Source: Balanoglossus misakiensis
Lineage: Eukaryota > Animalia > Hemichordata
Direction of reading: 5' to 3'
NCBI GenBank assembly: GCA_040954595.2
Contig: CM082580.2
Location: 5,384,783 to 5,448,782 of the forward strand
Length of the DNA stretch: 64,000 nt
Positions 24,767 to 37,271 of this stretch are shown one piece after another. The translations under genes were made by a program, and so were the position numbers. Each line of letters begins with the position of its first letter. Position 1 is the first letter of the stretch. Under the pieces are notes generated by a model. The model ran no database searches, was not told where the DNA came from, and saw only the letters and a program-made list of their open reading frames with translations.

Positions 24767-27700
24767 ATAACTTTTGAAGAATTTTGCACTCATGATTACC
24801 TTTGATTTATTTTTCCCCAATGTATTCTCTAGTATTGTAAGAGCCCTGATGAATATTACTCAATGGGTAAATCGGACGCTCTTCAAAAGTGTAAATATTT
24901 TTTTTAAAAATGTAAATGCCCGCAAAATTTTGGCAATAATTGTTTTTCGGGAAAAATCGGCGACATTACGGGTTAAATCCCGACGGGTGCAACATTTAGC
25001 AAGGTACACTGTGCGGTCGTCCATAAATTCTTGTCACATAATACCACCAGTTTGAATGTTAGTGGCTCAATATTGTTCATTTAATTTAGAAATATTATTT
25101 TTCTCATATTATAGACCCATGCAGTATTTATTTTTATTTTCACAAATTTCAAAATATACCTAGGCCTAAACAACATTAGTTAGTCTCCAGTGGCCTTGCT
25201 TTGTAAACGACGACGTCAAATCGTGCGGAGTTTTTCAATAACTGAGTACGTCGAATACTTCCCTTTTTTGTATTTCAAGGCAAGGAGCCCTGGATAACAA
25301 TTCGTCAATACCGTCAAGACAACATTATTTAGTCCACTCTGTCCGTACTGTAAACTAAGACGTCAGATGGTACTTAATGGATACGTGGCTTGATCGTCAC
25401 ACGTTTCAGCTGTGTCACCCGGAGACTGCATTTACTGGTTCAGCCCGAAAGTGATAAATCGCGTGAGAGATTCGACCGTTCGAGTGATGGACGGCCGGAA
25501 AGAGCGAAAGTACAATATTGTGCGTGATTACGCGTGTACTTGAATGCAAGGAGAAGGGTTTACGGCCATCTGTAAGACTATACGCTGTACTTAAAGAATA
25601 AAGGATTGCGCACACTCAAACAGTTTTACGGAACAGCTAAACAAACGCGCTCCCGCGTTTAGCGTAAACGCAGGGCGTAAACGATGAAGCGTATTCAAGA
25701 CAAACGAGACCGTAAAGTCGTTGTATGAGACGCGAAGCATCTGGGCGGCGAGTTGTTCAGTTGAACGTACGCAGACGGATCCGCCAATCTCTGCAGTTTA
25801 TCAGTGCAAAACTAAAGAGCAAATATAGGTCAAACTATTCTCAAGAACTTCTCCTGTCGTGAAACCTGTGTCAAAATATATGCGCCAACAAATTTAATTG
25901 CGAATACTGCCAGGAGAAAATTAAAAAAATAAAGTGACTGTTAACACTCTAGATCTGCTAGAATAAATTCAGTGACACTTGCAGCTTCGCCTTTCTCAAT
26001 GAGTGTATGCCAAGGAAATGATTAATATACCTTATTTAGACCGATACCATTGTTTTCATTGTTTTGTGGATGCGCTTTCACTGACGTGTCGACAATTTCT
26101 CGGCGCGCGTAAATGTACCGATGTATGGAGAAAAATGGCATATTTCGGCGCGTCCGAGAGTTTGGTCGATTCACGACACGTCGATTACACGATTACTAGA
26201 ATTTCCTTTTGGTGAAAAGAAGAGAGAAAAACAACTTTTATAATAGTTGTTTGCTGTATTGAATAATCCAATTTGTTTTGAGTCCAGTGAAACGCTCAAT
26301 TAAAGGCGCGCTCTGATGAAATACTCAATTCAAAAGTGGTTTAACGTTTTGTGCTACAGTTATTCTGAATTTTCTTCTCGTAAGCTCTCTTAAGGTCAAT
26401 AAAGCCTACTATATCGGCTGACACACGTCTGTTGCGACTTAATTTCGAATCACGCTATGAAAGCTCGGCGCTTGATTGATGACATTTAGACCCATTCGAG
26501 GCAAGGCAATCACCGCTTTACGGCAGCGAAATCACCGCTTTACGACTGCTCATTTACTTGGCCGCAGATGTAATCATTGTATAACTTTGTAATTGTTTAA
26601 ACGGGTGGCCTGGGATCGTTTGCAAGGGCACAAGTCAAGAATGCTATTAAGAACTGTGTAAAGGGAAAAGTATATTTTGAACAAAAAGAAACTTTCGGTT
26701 TTGAGCGACCCTTGTGTTGGCCTATACCATCAAGTATATGGTGCGTCGGCGAGGGGGGGGGGGGGTCCATTCATGGAATGTCCAGATGGATATGTCGAGC
26801 TGTCGTCAGAACGCGGACTAAGAGTCACTAATAAGGTTGCATTTCGGCGAATTTTAATATGCTGCAACCAGCCGTAAGCGATTGTAAACATTTGCATGGA
26901 AGAGGATATGACTTTGCCGTCTTTCTCCATCAATCAAAAGAAAATGGCTTCAATGGCCGCGGGGGTGACTGTTAATACACGCTATGGAGCACGTAAATGC
27001 ATCGCAAAATGAATCTTCAAATGGCGGGAATCGAGGAAAGAACCCCCCCCCCTCTCCCACGCACTCGATAGATAGATGTGTACACATCACATTTTAAACC
27101 ACATTCGCTATAATGACTTCCAACTCTAGCCGACGATCGAATCGACAACTGTGTCAACTTGAAGCAATTGCACTCTCAGAACCGTTTAAGTTGCTGCACA
27201 AGATTTAGATACGCTGACTATATAGAGCTGCCCGCGGGCATCGTAATCTATTCGATTTTCTCGACGAGCAATTAAGCGCAAATGTACAAATCTTATCATG
27301 ATCACAGTCGCCATTTTGCGGTTACAGGAGACATGTCTCGCAGGATCGCGCCACCTTTTAAATTAAAACGTGAACTGCAGTTGTGCCGAGCGAGGCTGGG
27401 AGAGTATTAATTTGAATAATGAACGCGCATCACATTCCGCCGCGCGCGCCGCTGTACTTCATCCAAGCCGTCGATGACTTACTTCACGCCACACTGCAGG
27501 GTGTGCCCGATTGGCTATATTTATGTGGCAAACCGGGCTAGTCTGTAGAAGTATTGGGGATTTGCCTATTGAGACAAGTGTGCGATATTTAGTCTCGGTC
27601 TATATGTAACCGCCACATTATATGGTCGCCAAAACAGTTTCATAGAACTGGTCAACTTGATCCACAATAATTAAAGCACGCCCTGGTCAGCTGTGGCCAG

Positions 27701-29327
27701 ACATGCAATAACATAAACATCAAATTGTACGAAAGCTGCGTACATAGTATACATAAGTCTTTTATCGCCACATTGATAGAGGCAAAAGTTTAACGGCCAA
27801 AAAGCCTTGCACGCTTCTGCAAGTGAAATTGAGGTAATTCTGACGCCATTTGAGAAACAGGGGAGACAACAGTTTCCGTGTAATTTCACTCCGTCTGAAT
27901 GAATTTCCTTAATGTGCTCATTAACTTCCGATCTTCTGTGCGAACGTGCATTTTGTGACGGGCAGAGGTTCGTTACGGCACATTGAACTCTGTTCTGCAC
28001 GATTTATGTTTCTATTTTGGTTGTAATTTCAGTATAACATATAGATAGACATAATAATAATGAGTTGTTTATAGTCATTATTTTCGTATCTACATATCCA
28101 CCCTGTTTGCACCTGATGGCAACTGACAAGGACGAAGACAAGTCGTCCCTTCCTTTCTTCCTTCCTTCCTTCCTTCCCCTTAATTGACTTTCAGTTCTCT
28201 CTGAACAGTAACAAGGTCGTTTTCTAGACAGTCACAACGCGGTCGACATTTCCGTGGCTGTAACGGAGATTAGTTTCAACGTTTTGTAAGTTTTCCGGGA
28301 GACGCTGCAATGAAGCCCTATAGTTAAGAGAAAACTCACCGATGCCGGATTGAAATCCGACCAGAGAATGCTTGTCACGCGGGAATTAAAACGCGAAAAC
28401 CAAAAGACTGAAACGAAATATCCGGATTTGATTTCAATTGCCAACACAAAAGCCTCTGAGATAATGGGATTAGGGAAGACTAGCACGCTGCTCGAGAAAT
28501 TCAATCAGCAGTTAATCTCACGTGAGCACTGTATCAGTGGACAGGATCCAACTTTGGTTGGCGTTTCAATTTAGCGCAGCATCAGATGCTGGGGGTTTTG
28601 TCACGCGGAGTGACACTTCTGTCCACCCCTGTCACGTGATTTTATATGCAGATCTGGTCTGGGTCTAGGTCGTGGGTCTTTGTTTTTTATCCGATTAATG
28701 TATTCCTATCATCAACCGGATTATATTCTCCCATGGAAGGCCGTGACTTGTGGTCGTTGTTATTGAATTTACTGACTCGTATCATGCCATATCGCTTCCC
28801 TTGATCTGGGGGAAAATTATAAATTCCAGTCTCTGGAACACGTACAGATCCTTTTAACACACTCCTGCACTGCGCTTCACTGCATTTACATGTAAACAGT
28901 TGATGGGGGCCGAACAAAGATAAAAGCTATGCCATTACAAAGCGTAAAATGCTTCCTACGCGAACCCTGATTCGGCGTCCGAATTATTTTTATACCGTGT
29001 ATAGCGCGGAATTGATCTTTGCGGTGTTTGCTTCTCTGTATTCCTGTCACGCGGCTAGTTACCTGGCAAACGCAAATGACACCTCTTTCATTCTCTTGCA
29101 GACCCAGTGGAACCGATTAATCTAGCGATCTCAATGGAGCCATGCCGCGTTATCCCGCGGTATTAGATCTGTTTACCAGTGGAAGCCCCCTTCGGCGAGA
29201 ATCTGATATTTAGATGGAGTAGGCACTCTGTATTATAAATGCTGCGGAAGAAACAGTGAAAGGATGGGGCAGTGTTTCCTAACCGAGTGGGCATGAGAGC
29301 ATTCCTCTGATTCTGCCGCTACCAACG

Positions 29328-31613
29328 ATGCTCGCCGCCGTTGTCAGGGTGATTGCTTTATTCGCGGCTGTCAGGAGCTACGCGGCGTCCTGCCCACATG
29401 GTTGCCACTGCAACAGACGCGCGAAAGATGTCGACTGCCACCACGCCGGGTACACGGATATCCCACAGGGCATCCCCGCCGATACGAAAACATTATCCTT
29501 CGCCGGGAACGCGCTCGGTGTTATTTCAGAGACTTGTTTGGCGAACTTTTCTGAGGTGCAGGCGCTGAACCTCGACGGTTCTAATATCAGCTACATCGAG
29601 GATGGCGCTTTTGCGAATCTGAGAGGCCTGTCGCGGTTGTCCATCTCACACAACAGGCTATCAGTTATCGACCGCTTTCTCCAGAATCTGCCATCGGTCA
29701 GAAACATATCCCTGGCCGGTAACGGAATTCGGAGTTTGGACGACCAGGTGTTCAGGGGCACTTGGCACGTACAACATCTGGACTTACGTAACAACCAGTT
29801 CTCTTTCATACCCTCGGATTCACTGCAGAATTTGACTGAGCTAAAAGTGCTCATATTCGATCAAAATCACCTATCTACCGTGCCATCGTATGCCTTTCAA
29901 ACCCTGGCGAATCTGCAGACCCTGGATCTCAGAAATAACAGGATCGGACAGCTGTTCCCCAACGCCTTTCGCGGGATGTACAATCTCAAAGTATTAATGC
30001 TGGATGGTAATGAACTCGGTAGCCTCGACTCTGGCGTCCTGGGTGGCCTTGAGAAGCTGTCAGTGCTCACCCTCGGCGGGAATCAGTTGGATCTGCTGGA
30101 CATAGACGCATTTACCGGCGCGTACATGCTGTCAAAAATCGATTTTTCAAACAACAGATTCGACGAGGTGCCGACGGAGGCCCTGCAGAGTCTGTTGAAC
30201 CTGAAGGTGTTGTCCTTTTCCGGGAACGGTCTGTCCGCACGGCAGCCCTATCCGTTCTTGCCGCTTTCGTCGCTGGAGTACCTGCTTCTTGATGACGTGT
30301 CGCTTGAACACCTGGAGAGGTCGACTCTGAGCGGACTGGTTCGGCTGAAGGGCCTGTCGGTGAGAAACAACTCCCTCGAATCTCTGCCGGCAGACATCTT
30401 TGAAGGAGTCCCAGACCTCCAGGTGGCGCTGTTGTCCGGGAATCCGTGGGCGTGCGGCTGTCAGCTGAAGGGGTTTCTGGAAGTCGCGAAGGCAAAGTCC
30501 TGGCTAGTATCTGGGCCGGGTGTCCTCGTTCTTGAGGAGATGGTGATTTCCGTCGATCGCGAGCGGCCGTTCTGCGAGACACCCGGAGAGTGGAGAGGAG
30601 TCGACTTGGAAGATGTACCCGTCGATGAAATTCTTTGCCCCTTGGGTACAGATATGTCATCCACCAGCGACGATTGGGGGATCAGCGTTGACACTCTCCG
30701 GTCGACCGCCACCGAATTCGATGGGAACAAACCGGGTACGACAGACCGGGGTCGCCAAAGTTCAGAGCCGACAACTGAAAATCCAGAAACGGGTACTAAC
30801 CCTCCCCACACTACAGAAAGAAGCGTAACCGCGGAATTTCAAAGTACCGAAGTCTCCAGCGAACGTAGTGGGACGGGCGAGGTGTTTATGACCACCGAAA
30901 TAACTGACTCGGAGACAGTTGAGGAAGATACGACTGAACCACATTACGTGACCAGCGAAAGCGCCGCAGCGGTAACCACTCGCCCAGGAGATGAACCAGA
31001 GGTAGCAGACAGCACAGGGGCTGTTCACACAACAAAACAACACCACACCGACACACGAGTGACAACGAAAGCAGTCGTCAAAGAGAAGACTAAATTATTC
31101 ACCGTGGTTGCTGAGAAGGCGATAGCTGCACTCGCCACCACGAGGGAGACCGACAGCGGCGGCGGGAGTGCAGACAACGACACCTATATCCCCACCATCG
31201 TAAGCAGCATCATAGCCGGCGCGTTGGGTGTAGTCCTGGTCGGCATCATGGTGTACTTCGTCCTGGGCATAGGATGTCGGCACCGACGTCACAGCCCCGT
31301 CTACAGGATCAAGAGCATCGACTCCATATCGGCCGGCGACAGACGGGGCAGCGGGACGGAGTTCCTCGTGCTGAACACGGACACCCAAGACGACGAGGAG
31401 GTGTACGACACTCACCACGTAATACCCGGGGACCAGGAATCGACCACCGGGGACTCTTCGCCCACCCTGCCGCTGGGGTTGCAGGAAACGCGGCTGATCT
31501 CGGAATTTACGCCGCTGACGACTCTGACCGAGACGACGGTTCACTTCAGAAGGCCTTCCAACGACGATGATGACGACGACGACGACGTGGCCTCGTTGCT
31601 CGGCAACAGTTAA
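29328..31613 (+). CDS. Type I transmembrane leucine-rich repeat protein (761 aa): signal peptide, LRRNT, ~13 LRRs, LRRCT, Thr/Ser/Glu-rich stalk, TM, acidic cytoplasmic tail (LRRC15/GPIb-alpha-like architecture)
   Basis: Uninterrupted ORF. LRRNT CPHGCHC..VDC, repeated LxxLxLxxNxL, LRRCT NPWACGC...C..P...C, TM IVSSIIAGALGVVLVGIMVYFVLGI. Splice acceptor (ttctcttgcag) at ~29101 implies an upstream 5'UTR exon. Confidence 0.93.
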   Translation: MLAAVVRVIALFAAVRSYAASCPHGCHCNRRAKDVDCHHAGYTDIPQGIPADTKTLSFAGNALGVISETCLANFSEVQALNLDGSNISYIEDGAFANLRGLSRLSISHNRLSVIDRFLQNLPSVRNISLAGNGIRSLDDQVFRGTWHVQHLDLRNNQFSFIPSDSLQNLTELKVLIFDQNHLSTVPSYAFQTLANLQTLDLRNNRIGQLFPNAFRGMYNLKVLMLDGNELGSLDSGVLGGLEKLSVLTLGGNQLDLLDIDAFTGAYMLSKIDFSNNRFDEVPTEALQSLLNLKVLSFSGNGLSARQPYPFLPLSSLEYLLLDDVSLEHLERSTLSGLVRLKGLSVRNNSLESLPADIFEGVPDLQVALLSGNPWACGCQLKGFLEVAKAKSWLVSGPGVLVLEEMVISVDRERPFCETPGEWRGVDLEDVPVDEILCPLGTDMSSTSDDWGISVDTLRSTATEFDGNKPGTTDRGRQSSEPTTENPETGTNPPHTTERSVTAEFQSTEVSSERSGTGEVFMTTEITDSETVEEDTTEPHYVTSESAAAVTTRPGDEPEVADSTGAVHTTKQHHTDTRVTTKAVVKEKTKLFTVVAEKAIAALATTRETDSGGGSADNDTYIPTIVSSIIAGALGVVLVGIMVYFVLGIGCRHRRHSPVYRIKSIDSISAGDRRGSGTEFLVLNTDTQDDEEVYDTHHVIPGDQESTTGDSSPTLPLGLQETRLISEFTPLTTLTETTVHFRRPSNDDDDDDDDVASLLGNS

Positions 31614-32004
31614 CGCTGAGCGAGCGACGCACTCACGGACCCCTCGACGTCAAGACCGTAGCTGACGTCACAGTCCCTTTGGAGGACTGCGATTGAAATT
31701 GAGGGTTTTATACCAGAGACTTTGAAAGTGCTGAAAAATACGCGTGTATCCGTATCTGTTCAAAAGTTATGAGCGACAAAGGAGTCGAAACGATAAAAAT
31801 CTGTAAATTGTCTTATGGGTGCTTAGTCGAGTGAAATGCGCTGTTTATTGACCGCATCCAGGCCTGCAAAATTCTCTCAGGCCACCAGGGGAGCCGAAAA
31901 AAGCGACTAGGCTTTGACCTATGAAGATTGTGTTATGAAAATACCACACGTCACGATTTTATAATTACCCTGTATATTTAATACGTCCCATCTAAGTTTA
32001 GTTC

Positions 32005-32096
32005 TAACCCTTTCACCCCCAGTTCCCTCATTAGAGACCCAACATTACCACAGGAAACAACGGGTTTGGACAGAACCATGGTGGAGAAAGGGTTAA
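32005..32096. mobile_element. Small piggyBac-like MITE remnant
   Basis: TAACCCTTTCACCCCCA ... TGGTGGAGAAAGGGTTAA inverted termini (CCC/GGG next to (T)TAA). Confidence 0.5.
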
Positions 32097-33350
32097 CACG
32101 ATTTTAAAAATTGTAGTGGTTTTTAAATACATGTGTATATATATATATATCCTTTTAAAAACGTAAACATTTTGCTTTCTTTCGTGCTTACTGTCGAGAA
32201 CTTTGATCAATATTTTGGGGGAAAATGAAATGATAGTGTTCCGACATTCGCCTTTACTCCCACAATACACTGCAACATCCTGTCAAACAGCCTGTGGGTG
32301 TTTCTGTTGTCAGTGTCTTTGTCAACGGAGTATTGTCTGGTTATACGTTGTCACCTATCTACAAAGTAGGAGAAGAAGAAATATAGGTTGATTTAACTGT
32401 TAATAATGCGGTGTCTCTACATACTGCAGTGATGGATTGCTCTCCCAGCTCGTTCCCTTGGTGACACTCTCTGTGTGTATCTTCCAACGAGTTCTAATGA
32501 ATTCGAACGTCGCCCGTTTGTTTCCAGACAGGCAATCTATCACGCGATTACTCCTTGGGAGAAAAATACGTTTATTGGTAAAAAATTATGCGCGGTTTTC
32601 TCATTTTATCCTCCGGGGCCGAGCAGACCCTGCCGACCTTTTGAAGTACTGTGAACATCTATTTTGAAAATAAAAATTGACCCGCACATGTTTACCGCGC
32701 TGCCGTATCTCAAGACTCTTTTGACTGATCATGCATGCATGCTGTGTGTATGTTGAATAATTCACGACCCCGGTATACGATGTCAGTTTATTAGCAATAT
32801 ATCGGTGGTACTGTTTTATTAAACAACCTCAAGCCATGATGGCAACGGCGGTCCTCTAGAAAATCCACCCGTCATGAACTGCCTTCTCTGAGAACTCGAT
32901 TCGAAAACTATCTGCTTGCAAATTGAAATACCGCTACCCCCCGCCCCCCGATGCAACGATTATTGATATCTCTTCTTAGATACGCACAAACCGTTCCTAG
33001 ATTGTTTCGAAGAACCCATGAATAAATAAACGAATATCAATATTGTATGTCCATTTTCCCTATACACTGTGTCTCATTTGCCCGCAATGTATAGTCGTTC
33101 ATTACTGTATATAAGTTCTGTCGCCTGTACCCATGCGCTCGGCTACACACCTGCGCCATGTAGTATTCTGCTTCACTGCTCGACTCTTTAGCCTCGCCAT
33201 CTCTCCATAGCTTCAGGTTACTCTCGCGTCTGCATCAGTGTCCAATTCGTCGGTCGGCCGCTTTCAGTCCTGCAACCAAGGTGACTGATAACCAAACGAT
33301 TTTCCAAATGGTGGTACAAATCATAGTGTATAAACAAGGCAATCTAGAAC

Positions 33351-33396
33351 TCTCTCTCTGTCTCTGTCTATCCTGTCTCTCTGTCTGTCTCGTCTC

Positions 33397-33487
<91 letters not shown>

Positions 33488-33503
33488 CTCTCACTCTCTC
33501 TCT
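33351..33503. repeat. (CT)n microsatellite
   Basis: Long CT run with CTGT interruptions. Confidence 0.95.
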
Positions 33504-34222
33504 AGTAAATGAATGCTTAATTGAACCCGACATTCTATTTTTCAAATGGTATATTCTACGAAAGAAATTTCCATCCAAACAAGCTCACTTCAGGCAATCA
33601 AATCGAGTACAGTAGTCTTATTCAAAGCATAAGCGGTTTTTTTCTTCGTGCACATTCCAAAAAGGTCGCCAGAGGGCACAATTTTCTTCTGTGATCTGCC
33701 GCTATACAGCGATAGCCGTTTCAGGGGGGGGGGGGGGGGGGGGGCACCGAAGGAGAAAATGTCGCGTTTTTAAACTGGTGGCTTCGGTCTTTGTATAGGA
33801 CGATATGGATCTTGGTAGTGCCCGCCATTGAATTCTATATAAGAACGCAGGATAGATTAAGCCAAGTTGTCTCGAATCGTTTCTTGGTCTAATGGGTTCA
33901 GTCGGTCTCGCCTAATTCCTACGTCATCTGCGAAGTGAAGGACTGTATAGCCGCGGTAAATATAAGTCACGCCCATGGGCAGATGTCTTATCCTTTTGGC
34001 AAATATCATGGCTGAATTACTTCGCAAAATTAGTTTGCATCAAAGCTAATACGTACGCCAATAATTCATGGCAATTACATTACTACATCGGAATCTTGCC
34101 CGTAGGCTTTGCCCTACAGAGAGTGTTTACTCTAGAAATCTTTAAGATATTAATCCTTTCTTTTTTGTACCGTTCTGTTGCGTGTCTGGCAGGCAAAAGT
34201 CTGATAAATGCAGTGGCGCTGT

Positions 34223-34594
34223 TTACATCCAGAAAGGATCGATGGCTTCCTGAGTGGGATCCAAGCTGTCTGTCTGTTGTTTTGTGGGAATTGCATCTTT
34301 GTTTGTGTTGCGACGACATTTCCTGCAAGAGACACAATTTGATGAATTGGGTGACACACATCTGAATGTAGAGGCGAGGACAGAAATGGCTTTTTAGTTA
34401 TGATATGGGCGGGGGAGAGAGAGCGAGAGAAAGGAGAGGGAGATAGGAGAGAGGGGGGAGGGAGGGAGGGAGAGAGAGTAGAAGTCACAGAGAAGACTGA
34501 GTGATGAAAGGCGTACACAGACAGACAGGCAGATAAACAGACAGACAGGCAAGTATGCAGGCGGGCAGATATAAAGACAGGCAGGCAAACAGGC

Positions 34595-34691
<97 letters not shown>

Positions 34692-36334
34692 TTTAACAAG
34701 CAAGCAAGATGCAAATTAAGATTCATCTTCTACTCACTTTGGGCAGCAAGTACAGAAACAGACGGCGTCGTTGAAGATGTTCCACCATCTTCGAAGGCTT
34801 TTACGGATTGGCTTGAGAAATCTGAGGGTATCGTCTCGACAGTAGGTCCACATGACCACCAGCGCAAAGAGAACACCGAGCGTGCAACCGATTGGTATCA
34901 TTGTGGCAGCCAGTAAGTTCATCCTGTTGGAACAATATATTTTCATCAACTCAATCTCCTCGTGTGTTTCCTCCCTCCCCTCAGGAGGGAAGGGAGGAAG
35001 AGTAGGTCGGCCATTTAAATTTGATTACTTCTGTTTAAATAATATTTCATCCAAAGATTTCAATTTTCTATATTGTATCAAGCGCTGCCGGCAGCCTTTT
35101 TAAAATGACATCCCTGATGACGCCCCGTGATTCTGGGCTCATTTTGAGTATGGCTCGTTTGTGTAGTTCCCTGCCGCACCGGTCTGGTCTGTGGTCAGAC
35201 AAAACTCCTTTACATGTGTATCTTTGATCAAATTTGTGTGTATATATGCCCCCAGTAGAAAATACGCGAAATGTGGTAGATAACCTTGCACTGGCATCTG
35301 CAGTAGTCATCCAGGCATCAGACACAGACCGCACAGTCCCTCCAGCGGGTATAGACTTACGTTGCAGCAGCTCTGGCAGAATCATCCTCGCAGCAGGAAT
35401 GGAAGTTTCCGTCGGCGTCGGCTCGGTCGTTCCAGCAGCAATTGTTGAAAGTGTTCGGAGTGCCATCGGGAAGATTGTCGGGGCACACGTAGGAGTTCCC
35501 CGGGTCGGTGGACGGGTGGGCGTTGTTGATGGCGCAGGTGGTCGAGGAGACTTTGCAAAAGGAAACGGGGGACAAAAACGAAAGGAGTGTTGGAACCAAT
35601 TTGTACCGTTGGGGTTTTCTGTAGTGCAGGCTATATTCGAATGGGGTGGTTGCAGTTGTGCCTCGGTGTCTGCATGTACATGTATGCGCGTACGTGTCCA
35701 CACACCCATTGAGGTTTGCGGCCACAATGGGAGGCCCCTTGCAAGGAATGTGTAATGAAAAAGAAAATTGCGTTTTCGCTGGCACACTGAATACGTTCTC
35801 ACTTATAAATACCAAAATATAGACTTGGGGACTTTCGTACGAAAAAACCGGTATGTGTTCAAAACTACCAAAATTCCCCAGACCTAGATCGCGGATGGGA
35901 AAAGTCTTGATCATGGTCCGTAAACGGGTTAATACCAGTCAGGGGTTTGCCGACTCGCAGCACCATGGATAACGTGCTTAGGCCAAAAAAAACAACCAAA
36001 AGGGCGAAACAATACCACAACGGTAGAGGTTACTCATAAAACGTGTTAAACAGACCCGGTGGAGTCGTGCTGGTTTGTTTCTGTGAAATAAATGCATACA
36101 CATGCGATATCTTTTGACAAAATAAGGTCCCTCTGCCGTTTTTTCGTGACTTTTTTGCCAGCGCCGGGGATCCAATCAGAAACACGATAACAAGTTGTCT
36201 GGTGTAAAGCAGACCCGTCTAATCGAACGCACAACACGCAGTAGAGTTTTTGCCTCACCTTGTTTCAAAAGCGACGACGTCATCAGCAACACAGCGAGAA
36301 GGGGCGCACGGGAAGTTTTACAGCAATTCAACAT
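34223..36334 (-). CDS. Small single-pass membrane protein with a six-cysteine ectodomain (C-C-CC-CC; Shisa-like/STMC6-type), paralog A (~183 aa)
   Basis: Exons 36334-36259 (MLNCCKTSRAPLLAVLLMTSSLLKQ), 35550-35361 (TCAINN..NSYVCPD..NNCCWNDR..FHSCC), 34923-34738 (TM, then YCRDDTLRF..VCFCTCCP), 34322-34223 (KCRR...PFWM*). GT/AG boundaries, continuous frame, and the same exon structure as paralog B. Confidence 0.8.
34575..34690. repeat. (GACA)n microsatellite (intronic)
   Basis: Perfect GACA run preceded by degenerate GGCA units. Confidence 0.95.
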
Positions 36335-37271
36335 GGTGCCTAATCAAATACCAATACGCAACTTCACGTGAAACTGTTGAACTCTGAGAGGTCGTTTTGG
36401 AGAAGTGCTCCACAGTGTTTGCCGTCAGGACTTGAGCCTTTCGTTTTGTTGTGTGTTTCGCGACGATGGGTCACACCCTATAGCGTTACGCAGGAAAAAT
36501 ATCTTCTAGAACCATCCGGTATATACCTAATCAATAATTTCGGCCTTTGGGGAACAAAAAAACCTAAAATAACCCATTGTTCTGATGAGATTATGCTAAT
36601 AAGATGCAGGATCGATTCGGCAAAGAAACGCAACAAACGCGTACGTCTTTACGTACGCATCGATAGACGGTTGGCTGTGGTAAACTCTTCATTCTACAAA
36701 TGGCCTATTCATTTATGTTATGCACACTTCCTCAATTCACAACATCACACACATAACACACTTTTTAAATGACATAAACCAAGCAAATGTTCTCTGTGAG
36801 ATATTTTATTTGCTTTTACATGCAAGATAGCTCAGATCTAATTATGAAGAACAATGTCCACATATTGTTTATAGGCAAAAAATAGAACATGCACAAATTG
36901 CCCAAAACCCCGAAATATTTCTGAATATACTCAAACTATTCAATAAAACCATACAACGACAAGAAAATAAGATTATATGAAAATATTTCCATCTCAAGGG
37001 ATTGGGAAGGAACGACTCTGGTGAAGCGAATCATGGGTAGAATTCTGCTTCTGGATCATCTCTGGTTTTTCAGAGTCTGTAAAAAAGGAAAATAGATGTA
37101 ACTTAAATGTAGCTAAGGTTTCACGGTCACAAATGTTCCACCATTGCATGAACGTCTTTTAATTTGCGATGATTTTAGTTTGCAAAATAACGTAAGGAAA
37201 GAGAACTAATATTTCCCTCACATGATTGTGTATTTTGAATCTTACCTTAGACTTGTGATAGGTGATGTCAA

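Noticed and set aside
29353-31570. Overlapping and antisense ORFs within the LRR gene
   Set aside because: Shadow ORFs from GC-rich codon usage with no recognisable domains.
29328-31613. Toll-like receptor assignment
   Set aside because: The cytoplasmic region is ~110 aa, low-complexity and acidic, with no TIR boxes.
33100-33269. Alternative last exon for Shisa-like paralog A (acceptor ttgcag at ~33270)
   Set aside because: The exon at 34322-34223 keeps frame and matches paralog B (KCRR/QCRR, Trp near the end). The 33.2-kb segment shows no such similarity.
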